NCBI GenBank assembly: GCA_035526015.1
Contig: DATLDH010000141.1
Coordinates: forward strand, 1-53,469
From: Acidimicrobiales bacterium
Lineage (GTDB): Bacteria; Actinomycetota; Acidimicrobiia; Acidimicrobiales; DATLDH01
DNA length: 53,469 nt
Direction of reading: 5' to 3'
Part shown: piece after piece, positions 26,946-35,882 of the stretch
How the letters are laid out: each line of letters starts with the position of its first letter
Position numbering within the stretch: position 1 is the first letter of the stretch
The notes under the pieces: model-generated
What the model was told of the DNA's origin: nothing
The model's database searches: none
What the model saw: only the letters and a program-made list of their open reading frames with translations
Made by a program: the position numbers and the translations under genes

Positions 26946-27797
26946 CTACGCCGGGGCGGGCGCAGGGACCTTTCGGCACAGCATCTGGCCGGTGCCGGTC
27001 GCCACGAGCCTGCGGTCGGCCGACCACAGGCGGCCGTTCCAGTGCAGGAGGCCGTCGGCGCCCAGCGGGGAGTAGCCGTCGCACAGGAGCCATTCGCTCT
27101 GCGGCTGCGGGTCGGTGAAGGCGACGTAGAGGTCGAGACTCGGCGCGATGAACCGCATGGGCTGCTCGACGTGCTGGCGCGACGCCGACGGCCAGCTCTG
27201 CACGTCGACGAGGATCAACGAGCGGCACGCGTCGATCCACGGGTCGTCGAAGGTGGCGGTCGGGATGAACTTGTGCCAGCCCCGCCACACCGGCGACAGC
27301 GGCCCTGGCGGCGGCCAGTCGCGACGGAAGTCGAGTGGCTTGGCGTCGAGGTTCAGCCAGAACGGGAAGTTGGGACCGGCCGCCAGCTCCTCTTCGGTCA
27401 GCAGCTCGGTGATGCTCGGCAGGCCGTCGGGGCCGGCCACGTCCGGCGGCTCGCTGACGTCGTGGGCCAGGCCCTCGACGTCGCCCACGCTCCACACCAT
27501 GGCCTCGAGGATGGGGCGGTCGCCCTGCCGCATGTGCACGCGGTGGGCGGCGGCCGTGCGCGCCATGCGCAGCTCGGTGACCTCCAGCTCGACGGTGTCG
27601 AAGGCGGCCACGCCCATGTAGGTGCACTGGAAGCTGGCCGGCCGGTGGAAGGGGCTCACGGCGCCGGCGGCGCGTAGTGCCACCGAGGCGACATAGCCGC
27701 CCATCGGCCCCCAGATCTCCCACTCCTGGCTGAGCTTCGCGGTGAAGTGCCGCTCGTCGACTGCTGTGACCGCGGTGTCCAGCCCCAGGTCTCCCAT
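26946..27797 (-). CDS. acyl-CoA thioesterase II-like (double hotdog) protein
   Basis: 283 aa. Contains WGPMGGYVASVALRAAG... Overall resemblance to TesB-like thioesterases. Confidence 0.8.
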   Translation of the reverse strand: MGDLGLDTAVTAVDERHFTAKLSQEWEIWGPMGGYVASVALRAAGAVSPFHRPASFQCTYMGVAAFDTVELEVTELRMARTAAAHRVHMRQGDRPILEAMVWSVGDVEGLAHDVSEPPDVAGPDGLPSITELLTEEELAAGPNFPFWLNLDAKPLDFRRDWPPPGPLSPVWRGWHKFIPTATFDDPWIDACRSLILVDVQSWPSASRQHVEQPMRFIAPSLDLYVAFTDPQPQSEWLLCDGYSPLGADGLLHWNGRLWSADRRLVATGTGQMLCRKVPAPAPA

Positions 27798-27885
27798 GCG
27801 CCGAAACTAGGCCCGGGCAGGGCCGGGAGGCCGCCCAATTCCGACACACGCCCGTAACAAAAGGAAACGTCGTGTTCACCCGGGC

Positions 27886-28428
27886 ATGACGGTCGCGAAA
27901 CACTGGCCGCGTACGTTCGCCTCGATGACGATCGATCACGTCGCCGTGCTGCGGTGGCCCGAGGAGAGGGCCAGCGTCGAACGGCTGCGGGCCAGCGGCA
28001 CGCCCCGCCTCCTCCTCGTGGCCCCCGACGCCGAGGCACCCGTCGCCACGGATTGCGACGAGGACTGGATCCGCCTACCGGCGGTCGATGACGACGTACG
28101 CGCCCGGACGAATGCCCTGGCGGCCAAGGCGGCGCGCCACAGCCCGCGGCCCGAGGTGAAGGGCGACGGGCGCCTCGCCTACCGGGGACGCTGGGTGGCG
28201 CTGTCGCAGACCGAGGAGGCGATCGCCCGGCTCCTGGCCGACCAGCTCGGCGAGGTCGTGGGGCGCGACGTGCTGGCCACCGACTGGGGGACCAGGCCGC
28301 CGAGTGCCAACGCCATGCGCGTGCACATCACGCGCTTGCGCCGACGGGTCGGCCCCCTCGGGCTCGTGGTCCGGTCGGTGCACGGTCGCGGCTACGTGAT
28401 GGAGCCGGCCGAGCCCACCGACTCCTGA
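27886..28428 (+). CDS. OmpR/PhoB-type winged-helix DNA-binding protein with a truncated, apparently non-phosphorylatable receiver remnant
   Basis: The C terminus LSQTEEAIARLLADQLGEVVGRDVL...MRVHITRLRRRVGPLGLVVRSVHGRGYVME is a Trans_reg_C pattern. The N-terminal ~75 aa retain only LLLVAPD and DWIRLP-like receiver elements. Alternative start ATG 27925. Confidence 0.75.
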   Translation: MTVAKHWPRTFASMTIDHVAVLRWPEERASVERLRASGTPRLLLVAPDAEAPVATDCDEDWIRLPAVDDDVRARTNALAAKAARHSPRPEVKGDGRLAYRGRWVALSQTEEAIARLLADQLGEVVGRDVLATDWGTRPPSANAMRVHITRLRRRVGPLGLVVRSVHGRGYVMEPAEPTDS

Positions 28429-28441
28429 CAGAGCGCCACCC

Positions 28442-31084
28442 ATGCTGCTCGACCTCCTTCTCGTCCTCGCCGCGGCCAAGATCGCGGCCGAGGTCGCCGA
28501 GCGGCTGCGCCTCCCGGCGGTGCTGGCCGAGATCCTGGCCGGCGTCGTGCTGGGCCCATCGGTGCTCGGCGCCGTCGGCTCCGGCGAGGTCCTCCGCTTC
28601 CTCGCCGAGCTCGGGGTCGTGCTCCTGCTGCTCGAGGTCGGCCTGGAGATGGACCTCGGTGAGCTCGGCGCGGTGGGGCGGGCGTCGGTCCTGGTGGCCG
28701 TTGCCGGCGTGGCCCTGCCCTTCGTGGGTGGCTTCGTCGTGGCCTCGGCCCTGGGGGAGGCGGTGCACCCCGCCATCTTCGTGGCCGGGGCGCTGACGGC
28801 GACGAGCGTCGGCATCACGGCGCGCGTCTTCGCCGATCTCCGGGCCCTGTCGTCGGTCGAGGCCCGCACCGTGCTCGGGGCGGCGGTGGCCGACGACGTG
28901 CTCGGCCTCGTGATCCTCACCGTGGTGGTGCGTGTCGTATCGGCGGGCAACGTCTCGGTCGCCAGCGTGGGCGTGCTCATCGCCGGAGCCGTGGCCTTCC
29001 TCGTGGTCGCCGGCGGCGTGGGCGTGCAGTTCGCGCCGAGGATCTTCGCGACGATCGACCGCCACTCCCGGTCGACGGGCACCCTGCTGGCTGCCGCCCT
29101 CGTCTTCACCTTCGGCCTCGGCGAGCTGGCCGGCGTGGCCAAGCTGGCCCCGATCATCGGCGCCTTCGTCGCCGGCATCTCGCTGGCGAAAGCGAAGCAG
29201 GCCGAGCGCGTCCGCCGCGATCTCAACCCCGTCGGCCAGGTGCTCATCCCGGTGTTCTTCGTGCAGATCGGCCTCGACGCCGATCTCGCCAGCCTCATGC
29301 GGCCGTCGGTGGTTGCTCTCGCCGGCGCGCTCCTCGTCGTGGCCGTGGTCGGAAAGGTGGCGTCTGCGGCTGCCGCCGTCGGCTCGCCCGGCGACCGGTG
29401 GCTCATCGGCCTCGGCATGCTCCCCCGCGGTGAGGTCGGGCTGATCTTCGCCGGCCTCGGCCTGCGCGAAGGGATCCTCGGCGGCGACCTCTACGCCGCG
29501 CTGCTCCTCGTCATCCTCGCCACGACCCTCGCCACCCCGCCGCTGCTCAAGTGGCGGCTGCGTGCCGTGTCGGCCGCCCGCCGTGCCGCGCCGGGCCGGG
29601 CGCGCCCCGAGGGTGGCTGGTTCGATATCGCCGACGGCGAGGTCGAGCTGCGCGGTCGTCCCGGCCTTGACGTCGCGCCGATGCTGGCGTTGGAGGCGGC
29701 CCGCCGCCTGGCAAGCGACACCCGGCCGGGGTCGAACCTCCTCGACTGGTTCGCCCATCTCCCCCGCGACGCAGAACAGCCCCGGTGGGACGACACCACG
29801 CGCCGCGAGCTGTTCTCGCTCCTGCGCGTCGGGACGGCGCGGTCGTGGCGCTTCCTCGAGACCACGGGGATGCTCGACCGCGTCCTCCCCGAGCTGGCCG
29901 AGACCGTGCGGCGCCGGCGGGACGACGCGTCCGAGCTCGATCCCGCCCAGGTGCTGCGCTGGACCACGGTCGAGCAGGTCCACGCGCTGGCCGGCCACCC
30001 ACGGTTCCAGAACCTCGAGCACCCGGACTGGGTCTTCCTTGCCGCCCTCGTGCTCGACGTGGCCGGCAGCAACGAGCCGCCCGTGGAGGCGGCGCGCCAG
30101 ATCGTCGGGCGCCTCGGCCTGGGGGAGGAGGCCGAGGCCGAGATCGTGCTGCTGATCGACGAGCGCGGGCTCCTCCGGGCCGCGTCGGCCCGCCCCGACG
30201 GGTTGACCGAGGAACGCGTGCTGCCCCTCGCCCTCCATCTCGGGCGGCCCGAGCGCGTCCGGGCCATGCATCTGCTGACCCTTGCCCAGAACGACCTCCC
30301 GACCTGGCACCGCGACCGGCTGGAGGAGCTCGTCGAGCGCATCGGTCGCCTGCTCGCCCACGCCGACGTCACCGGTCCCGAGGCGAGGACCCTCGCCGAG
30401 CAGCGGCGCGCCGAGGCCGAGCAGCTCGCCACGTCGGCCGCCGTGCGCGAGCGGCTGGCCCACGCCCCCCGACCATGGCTGCTCGGGCTGCCGAGCGCCG
30501 CCCTCGTGCGCCAGGCCTCCCTGCTGGAGCCCGCCCCGACCGGCTCGATGATCCGCGTCGTCGTGACCGGCCCGCGGGTGGAGATCGGGTGCCGCGACCG
30601 CCGTGGGCTGCTGGCGGCGGTGACCGACGCGCTCACGAGGGCGCGGTTGACGATCACCGAGGCGACGACGGCGACGTGGGCTGACGGCGCCGTGGTCCTG
30701 GCCTTCGTCGTCGACGGCCCCGACGTGGATGCCCATGCGCTCACGGACCGGATCCGGAGATCCCTCGCCGCCCCACTCGCGGCCGAGCCCGTGCCCGACG
30801 CCGTCGTCGAGTTCGATGACGAGGCGTCGCCGTGGTACACGATCGCCGACGTGCACGCCACGGATCGTCCCGGCTTGCTGCACGCCATCACCGCCGCCAT
30901 CGCCGCCGCCGGCGCATCCATCCATTCGGCGCGCGTCGCCACCGACGCGGGCATCGCCCACGACCGGTTCGAGCTCACCGACCGGCGCGGCGCCAAGCTC
31001 TCGCCGTCGGTGCAGGACGCCGTCCGTGCCGCGTTGGTGACGGGCGTGGTGCCCAGGCGAAGGCCGTTCGCCGGCCGTCGGTAG
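28442..31084 (+). CDS. CPA2 (Kef-type) cation:proton antiporter fused to a GlnD-like central region (degenerate HD) and two ACT domains
   Basis: 880 aa. The N-terminal ~380 aa (MLLDLLLVLAAAKIAAEVAERLRLPAVLAEILAGVVLGPSVLG...) form a Na_H_Exchanger pattern. The middle section WRFLETTGMLDRVLPELAE resembles GlnD. The C terminus has two DRxGLL ACT motifs (CRDRRGLLAAVTDAL and ATDRPGLLHAITAAI). Confidence 0.85.
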   Translation: MLLDLLLVLAAAKIAAEVAERLRLPAVLAEILAGVVLGPSVLGAVGSGEVLRFLAELGVVLLLLEVGLEMDLGELGAVGRASVLVAVAGVALPFVGGFVVASALGEAVHPAIFVAGALTATSVGITARVFADLRALSSVEARTVLGAAVADDVLGLVILTVVVRVVSAGNVSVASVGVLIAGAVAFLVVAGGVGVQFAPRIFATIDRHSRSTGTLLAAALVFTFGLGELAGVAKLAPIIGAFVAGISLAKAKQAERVRRDLNPVGQVLIPVFFVQIGLDADLASLMRPSVVALAGALLVVAVVGKVASAAAAVGSPGDRWLIGLGMLPRGEVGLIFAGLGLREGILGGDLYAALLLVILATTLATPPLLKWRLRAVSAARRAAPGRARPEGGWFDIADGEVELRGRPGLDVAPMLALEAARRLASDTRPGSNLLDWFAHLPRDAEQPRWDDTTRRELFSLLRVGTARSWRFLETTGMLDRVLPELAETVRRRRDDASELDPAQVLRWTTVEQVHALAGHPRFQNLEHPDWVFLAALVLDVAGSNEPPVEAARQIVGRLGLGEEAEAEIVLLIDERGLLRAASARPDGLTEERVLPLALHLGRPERVRAMHLLTLAQNDLPTWHRDRLEELVERIGRLLAHADVTGPEARTLAEQRRAEAEQLATSAAVRERLAHAPRPWLLGLPSAALVRQASLLEPAPTGSMIRVVVTGPRVEIGCRDRRGLLAAVTDALTRARLTITEATTATWADGAVVLAFVVDGPDVDAHALTDRIRRSLAAPLAAEPVPDAVVEFDDEASPWYTIADVHATDRPGLLHAITAAIAAAGASIHSARVATDAGIAHDRFELTDRRGAKLSPSVQDAVRAALVTGVVPRRRPFAGRR

Positions 31085-31088
31085 GTCA

Positions 31089-31126
31089 TTCATTCACCGG
31101 AAACACTTCGGGCACGGTTCGGAAAC
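31089..31126 (+). promoter_or_regulatory. GlnR-box-like operator upstream of amt
   Basis: TTCAT-tcaccg-GAAAC-acttcg-GGCAC-ggttcg-GAAAC. The two GAAAC b-sites lie 22 nt apart, and a-sites precede each by 6 nt. This matches the actinobacterial gTnAc-n6-GaAAc-n6-GtnAC-n6-GAAAc architecture. It ends 71 nt upstream of the amt start. Confidence 0.5.
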
Positions 31127-31196
31127 AACCGGTCCGTAGGTTGACCGACGAGGCCAACGACGCCCTCTCCCATCCACACCGTTCCTGGAGGACACC

Positions 31197-32765
31197 TTGC
31201 AGAGACACCTCACGCGCCTGGCGCGCGCGTCGGCGGTGGTGGTCCCGGCGTTGCTCTTCGCGACGACGGCCATCGCCGCAGCCGACCCGACCGGCTCCAA
31301 CATCGAGGGGCCGGAATCACTCGACAAGGTCGGCATCGGCCTCAACCTGATGTGGATCATCGTGGGGGCGGTCCTCGTCGTGTTCATGCAGGCCGGCTTC
31401 GCCCTGGTGGAGACGGGCTTCTGCCGTGCCAAGCACGCCGCCCACGTCGTCAGCACCAACTTCGCCATCTTCGGGCTCGGCTTCGTCGGGTTCTTCCTGT
31501 GCGGCTTCGCGTTCATGTTCGGCGGCTTCAGCTACCCGGGCGTCTTCGGTATGGACCAGCCCATCGGGGAGGCCCTGCTCGGCTCCGGCAACTGGGTCTT
31601 CCTCTGGAAGGGCGGGTTCGCCCTCTCCGGCGACAAGGCCTACGACGTCGCGGTGGCTGCGTTCTTCCTCTACATGGTCGCGTTCATGGACACCGTCGCC
31701 ACCATCCCCACCGGCGCCATGGCCGAGCGGTGGAAGTGGCGCTCGTTCGTCGGCTGGGGCCTGTTCTGCGGCGCCGTCTACTACCCGCTGTTCGGGGCCT
31801 GGACGTGGGGTGGCGGTTGGCTCGCCAAGCTCGGCATCTCCAAGGATCTCGGCTTCGGCTACGTCGACTTCGCCGGTTCCGGTGTGGTCCACGCCGTCGG
31901 AGGCATCGCCGCCCTCGCCGGCGCGGTCGTGCTCGGGCCCCGCATCGGCAAGTATGGGCCCGACGGCAAGGCCCGCTCGATCCCGGGCCACCACATCCCG
32001 ATGGCCATGCTGGGCTGCTTCATCCTCCTGTTCGGCTGGTTCGGGTTCAACGCTGCGTCGACCTTCGCCGCCACCGACCTCCGGTTCACCATCGTGGCCA
32101 CCAACACGGCCATCGCCGCCGCCTTCGGGGCAACCATGGCCATGTTCTGGGTCATGCGCCGGACAGGGAAGCCGGACCCCGGGATGATGGTCAACGGCAT
32201 GCTCGCCGGCCTGGTGGCCATCACGGCGCCGTGCGCCTTCGTGCAGCCGTGGGCGGCCGCCGTGATCGGCACGATCTCCGGCGTCACGGTGATCGAGGCG
32301 GCGTGGATCATCGAGCGCAAGATGAAGGTCGACGACCCCGTCGGCGCCATCGCCGTCCACCTCGTGCACGGCATCTTCGGCGTGCTCTGTGTCGGGATCT
32401 TCTCCGACGGCAGTTACGGCCAGATGTGGAACGGCACCGACCACGGCGACCAGGGCGTCACCGGCATCCTGTACGGCAGTCTCGGTTGGGGCCAGCTGCT
32501 GGTCCAGGCCATCGGGGCCGTCACCATCATCGTGGTCATCGGCGGCATCGCCTACGCCTTCTTCAGCATCCAGAACAAGCTGACCAAGGGCGGGATCCGC
32601 CCGTCGGCCGAGGACGAGATCGGCGGCATGGACCTGCCCGAGATGGGCGCTCTCGCCTATCCGGAGTTCGAGTTCGCCATCGAGGAGTCCGACCCCGAGA
32701 TCGGGCACCGGCCGCTGGTGGGCTCGTCCCGCTCGTCCGGTCCTGACGAGGACGCCTACTCCTAG
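31197..32765 (+). CDS. amt: ammonium transporter (Amt family)
   Basis: 522 aa. TTG start after GGAGGA. Signal-like N terminus. Contains MWIIVGAVLVVFMQAGFALVETG, DFAGSGVVH and HLVHGIFG, the Amt signature regions. Confidence 0.93.
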   Translation: MQRHLTRLARASAVVVPALLFATTAIAAADPTGSNIEGPESLDKVGIGLNLMWIIVGAVLVVFMQAGFALVETGFCRAKHAAHVVSTNFAIFGLGFVGFFLCGFAFMFGGFSYPGVFGMDQPIGEALLGSGNWVFLWKGGFALSGDKAYDVAVAAFFLYMVAFMDTVATIPTGAMAERWKWRSFVGWGLFCGAVYYPLFGAWTWGGGWLAKLGISKDLGFGYVDFAGSGVVHAVGGIAALAGAVVLGPRIGKYGPDGKARSIPGHHIPMAMLGCFILLFGWFGFNAASTFAATDLRFTIVATNTAIAAAFGATMAMFWVMRRTGKPDPGMMVNGMLAGLVAITAPCAFVQPWAAAVIGTISGVTVIEAAWIIERKMKVDDPVGAIAVHLVHGIFGVLCVGIFSDGSYGQMWNGTDHGDQGVTGILYGSLGWGQLLVQAIGAVTIIVVIGGIAYAFFSIQNKLTKGGIRPSAEDEIGGMDLPEMGALAYPEFEFAIEESDPEIGHRPLVGSSRSSGPDEDAYS

Positions 32766-32788
32766 CCACCTCCATCGACCTCGCACCA

Positions 32789-32818
32789 GGAGCCGGCGGC
32801 ATTCGTGCCGCCGGCTCC
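32789..32818 (+). terminator. perfect 13-bp stem hairpin after amt
   Basis: GGAGCCGGCGGCA (32789-32801), loop TTCG, then TGCCGCCGGCTCC (32806-32818). It starts 24 nt after the amt stop. There is no T-tract, as is common in high-GC actinobacteria. Confidence 0.5.
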
Positions 32819-32838
32819 GGCGCGTAAGGTCGCGCGTC

Positions 32839-33039
32839 GTGAAGGTACGCATCGACCAGGACCGCTGCGAGGGCCACGGGCGCTGCTACGCGCTGGCCCC
32901 ACAGGTGATCGAGCCCGACGAGATCGGCAACGGCAGGGAGATCGGTGACGGCGACGTGCCGCCGGAGCACGAGGTCGCGGTGCGCAAGGCGGCCGCCAAC
33001 TGTCCCGAGCTGGCCGTGATCATCGAGGAGGGCGCCTGA
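32839..33039 (+). CDS. small ferredoxin (P450-associated type)
   Basis: 66 aa. Contains CEGHGRC...C(P) cluster ligands. The stop overlaps the P450 start. Confidence 0.85.
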   Translation: MKVRIDQDRCEGHGRCYALAPQVIEPDEIGNGREIGDGDVPPEHEVAVRKAAANCPELAVIIEEGA

Positions 33040-34238
33040 TGGGCCATCACCCGCCGGTCGAGGACTGGGCCACCGACTTCGACCACACCGACGACGCCTG
33101 GGCGGCCGACCCGTTCCCCATCTGGGACGACCTCCGCGAGACGTGCCCGATCGCCCACTCCGACCGCTATGGCGGCGTGTGGTTGCCGACGCGTCACGAA
33201 GATGTCTCGGAGATCGCGTACGACACCGAGCACTTCACGTCGCGCAGCATCGTCGTCACCGAGTGGCCGCCGCCCCGCGAGCTCGAGCCCCAGGGCATCG
33301 CCCCCCCGATCTCTTCCGACCCGCCGTTCCACCGCGGTGCCCGCCGCCTGCTCCTCGAGCCGTTCGCGCCAAAGGCCATCGACCTGATCGAGCCGGCGAC
33401 CCGCGAGTACTGCGAGGAGCTGGTGGCCGCCATGGCGGGCCGCGACGTCGTCGACGCCGCCGAGGAGTATGCCCAGCACATCCCGGTGCGTGTCATCGCC
33501 AAGATGCTCGGGTTCCCCGAGGAGGATGCCGACCGGTTCCGCGGCTTCGTCGAGCACGTCCTGGCCGAGGTCTCCCTGCCGCTCGAGCAGCGCTTCGAGG
33601 GGATGCAGCTGCTGTTCGAGTACCTGCGCGAGCAGGTGCAGGACCACATCGACAACCCCCGCGACGACCTGACGACCTATCTCCTGAACGCCGAGATGGA
33701 CGGTCGGCCCATCGACGTCGGCCACGTGGGCGGCACCATCGCCCTCCTTCTCATCGCCGGCATCGACACGACGTGGAGCGCCATCGGCGCGTCGATCTGG
33801 CACCTGGCCGGCCATCCGGACGATCTGGCCCGCCTCGTGGCCGAGCCCGGTCTCCTGCCCACCGCCATGGAGGAGTTCCTGCGGGCCTACGCACCGGTGA
33901 CGATGGCGCGCCTGGTCAAGGAGGACATGGAGTGGAAGGGCTGCCCCATGAAGGCCGACGAGTGGATCCTGCTGTCGTTCCCGTCGGCCAATCGCGACCC
34001 GGAGGCCTTCGAGCGGGCCGATGAGTTCGTCATCGACCGCGAGATCAACCGTCACGCCGCTTTCGGCCTCGGCATCCACCGCTGCGCCGGGTCACATTTG
34101 GCCCGCATGGAGCTGCGGGTCGCCCTCGAGGTGTTCCTGAAGGCGTTCCCCCGGTTCACCCTGGCCGACCCCGCTGCGGTCACCTGGTCGGGCGGTCAGG
34201 TCCGCGGGCCGCGCAAGCTCCCGCTCCGTATCGGCTGA
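33039..34238 (+). CDS. cytochrome P450
   Basis: 399 aa. Heme loop FGLGIHRCAGSHLAR, EFLR (ExxR), and the I-helix AGIDTT. Confidence 0.93.
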   Translation: MGHHPPVEDWATDFDHTDDAWAADPFPIWDDLRETCPIAHSDRYGGVWLPTRHEDVSEIAYDTEHFTSRSIVVTEWPPPRELEPQGIAPPISSDPPFHRGARRLLLEPFAPKAIDLIEPATREYCEELVAAMAGRDVVDAAEEYAQHIPVRVIAKMLGFPEEDADRFRGFVEHVLAEVSLPLEQRFEGMQLLFEYLREQVQDHIDNPRDDLTTYLLNAEMDGRPIDVGHVGGTIALLLIAGIDTTWSAIGASIWHLAGHPDDLARLVAEPGLLPTAMEEFLRAYAPVTMARLVKEDMEWKGCPMKADEWILLSFPSANRDPEAFERADEFVIDREINRHAAFGLGIHRCAGSHLARMELRVALEVFLKAFPRFTLADPAAVTWSGGQVRGPRKLPLRIG

Positions 34239-34352
34239 ACTCCTGTAGGTCGTGTCTGGCCCGGCCGGGCCACTCGCCGGCGCGCGATCGCGCGAGTCGA
34301 ATGACACCAGCAGGGGATGTCGTGGGTCCAGTGAGCCGCCGATACATCTGGT

Positions 34353-35129
34353 ATGTCCACCTTCGGCCGCCGCATCACCGGTCTCGCCATCGCCATCGCC
34401 ATCGCCGCTGCCGTCGGCCTCGTCCTGCCGGCGTCCCCGGCCCTCGCCGCCGGCCCCGCCTCCCTCCGCCCCGCCGCCAGGAAGGCGACGGTGGTGAAGC
34501 CCAAGAAGAAGGCCACGGCGTGCAAGCCCACCAGGACCAAGAAGTGCGGCGCCCTTCCGAGAGCGACGCCGGCCGCTCCCGCTCCCGGCGCCGCCCCCGC
34601 CCCCTTCACCTTCCTCCAGACCCACGCCGGTGGCCCGGTGCGCTGGAACCCGTGCCAGGCGCACGCCTACGAGATGAACCGTGCCGCGCCGAGCGAGGCG
34701 TCGATCGCAGCCGTGCATGCGGCCTTCCGTGAGATCGGAGCCGCCACGGGGATCACCTTCCGCTTCGCGGGGTTCGTCGACCACGGCTACATGGGTACGA
34801 ACCACCCCGTGAACATCTACTGGGCGGCGCCGCTCGAGGTGCCGTATCTGCCCGCCGGCGCCACCGGGGCCGGGATGCCGTTCGCGGTGCCGACCGAGCG
34901 GGGCCCGGTGTACAGCGGTGGCAGCGTGTTCTTCCCCCGCACCACCGAGACGACCCGCAACACGGCGCTGCACGAGATCGGTCACATCGCCGGCCTCGGC
35001 CACGTCCAGTCGTCGTCACAGGTCATGGCGACGATGCACTCGGCCATCAGCGACTACAGCACGGGTGACCGTGCCGGGCTCCAGGCGGTGGGTGCCGGCC
35101 GCGGCTGCCTGCCCGCGACGCCCGCGTAG
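34353..35129 (+). CDS. secreted matrixin-like (M10-type) zinc metalloprotease
   Basis: Signal peptide MSTFGRRITGLAIAIAIAAAVGLVLPASPALA. Contains ALHEIGHIAGLGHVQSSSQVM (HExxHxxGxxH followed by a Met). Confidence 0.8.
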   Translation: MSTFGRRITGLAIAIAIAAAVGLVLPASPALAAGPASLRPAARKATVVKPKKKATACKPTRTKKCGALPRATPAAPAPGAAPAPFTFLQTHAGGPVRWNPCQAHAYEMNRAAPSEASIAAVHAAFREIGAATGITFRFAGFVDHGYMGTNHPVNIYWAAPLEVPYLPAGATGAGMPFAVPTERGPVYSGGSVFFPRTTETTRNTALHEIGHIAGLGHVQSSSQVMATMHSAISDYSTGDRAGLQAVGAGRGCLPATPA

Positions 35130-35146
35130 CGGTCGGCTGCGTCCTC

Positions 35147-35869
35147 GTGGGCCAGGTGGCGAGGCGGCGACAGATGACGGCGGCGCGCTGGGGGCCCGAC
35201 CCGGAACTCCAGCCCCGCAGCGGCAGGAGCCGGTCGGGAGCTCCGGTGCCGTCCGGTAGCGTCGACGCCGTGGACGCAGAACCCACCCCCTTCCCGGACA
35301 GGGAGGATCCGGAGGCCGTCGAGGCGCCCGATGCGACCGACTCCCTCACCCTCGACGAGGTGGCGGAGCTCTACAACTTCGACCGTGGCCGCCTTCGCCG
35401 GCGTGTCCTCGCCGGGGGGCTGCCCGGCGCGTTCATGACCCAGACCACCGAAGGGCTGCAGTGGCGGATCCCCAGGCAGTCCCTGGAGCGGTTGGGGTAC
35501 ACACCGACCGCGGATGTCGTCCCGGCCGCGCCGACGGCGGTGGTGGAGGCCGCGCCTCCCCCCGAGGCCATGGCCGGGGATGGCCCGCTCCTGGAGGAAC
35601 CGCCGCGGCTCACCCGCGCGTGGGAGCGGGTGGACGCGGCGTGGGAGGAGGTCTACCGCGACCGCGATCGGCTGGCGCGGCGATGGCAGCGGCTCGAGGA
35701 CGAGCGCGCCCGGCTGGATAGCGCGTTCGCCGACCTTCATGCCGACCGCGAGCGCCAAGCGGAGATCCTCGACCTCATCGAGAAGCGGCTGGCCGAGCTC
35801 GCCGATGCGATCGCACCGACCGACTCCAGGCGCGACGTCGGGGGCGAGCCCGACGCCAGGGGCTTCTGA
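35147..35869 (+). CDS. hypothetical protein with an excisionase/MerR-like HTH and a C-terminal coiled coil
   Basis: LTLDEVAELYNFDRGRLRRRVLAGGLPGAF...WRIPRQSLERLGY resembles an HTH_17-type domain. The C terminus is Arg/Glu/Leu-rich with heptad-like spacing. The start is uncertain. Confidence 0.5.
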   Translation: MGQVARRRQMTAARWGPDPELQPRSGRSRSGAPVPSGSVDAVDAEPTPFPDREDPEAVEAPDATDSLTLDEVAELYNFDRGRLRRRVLAGGLPGAFMTQTTEGLQWRIPRQSLERLGYTPTADVVPAAPTAVVEAAPPPEAMAGDGPLLEEPPRLTRAWERVDAAWEEVYRDRDRLARRWQRLEDERARLDSAFADLHADRERQAEILDLIEKRLAELADAIAPTDSRRDVGGEPDARGF

Positions 35870-35882
35870 GCCCGGGCCTCAC

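Noticed and set aside
28328-31093. 921-aa minus-strand ORF opposite the antiporter fusion. Similar long antisense ORFs lie at 47046..49877 (opposite dnaK-grpE-dnaJ), 12450..14159, 14235..15743 and 45267..47003.
   Set aside because: No recognisable domains and Arg/Gly/Asp-rich composition. The opposite strand encodes unmistakable proteins.
34258-34294. GC-rich palindromes GGCCCGGCCGGGCC and CGCGCGATCGCGCG after the P450 gene, considered as a terminator
   Set aside because: The stems are short or loop-less, with no T-tract. Such palindromes are frequent in high-GC DNA. The evidence is not strong enough to call a feature.
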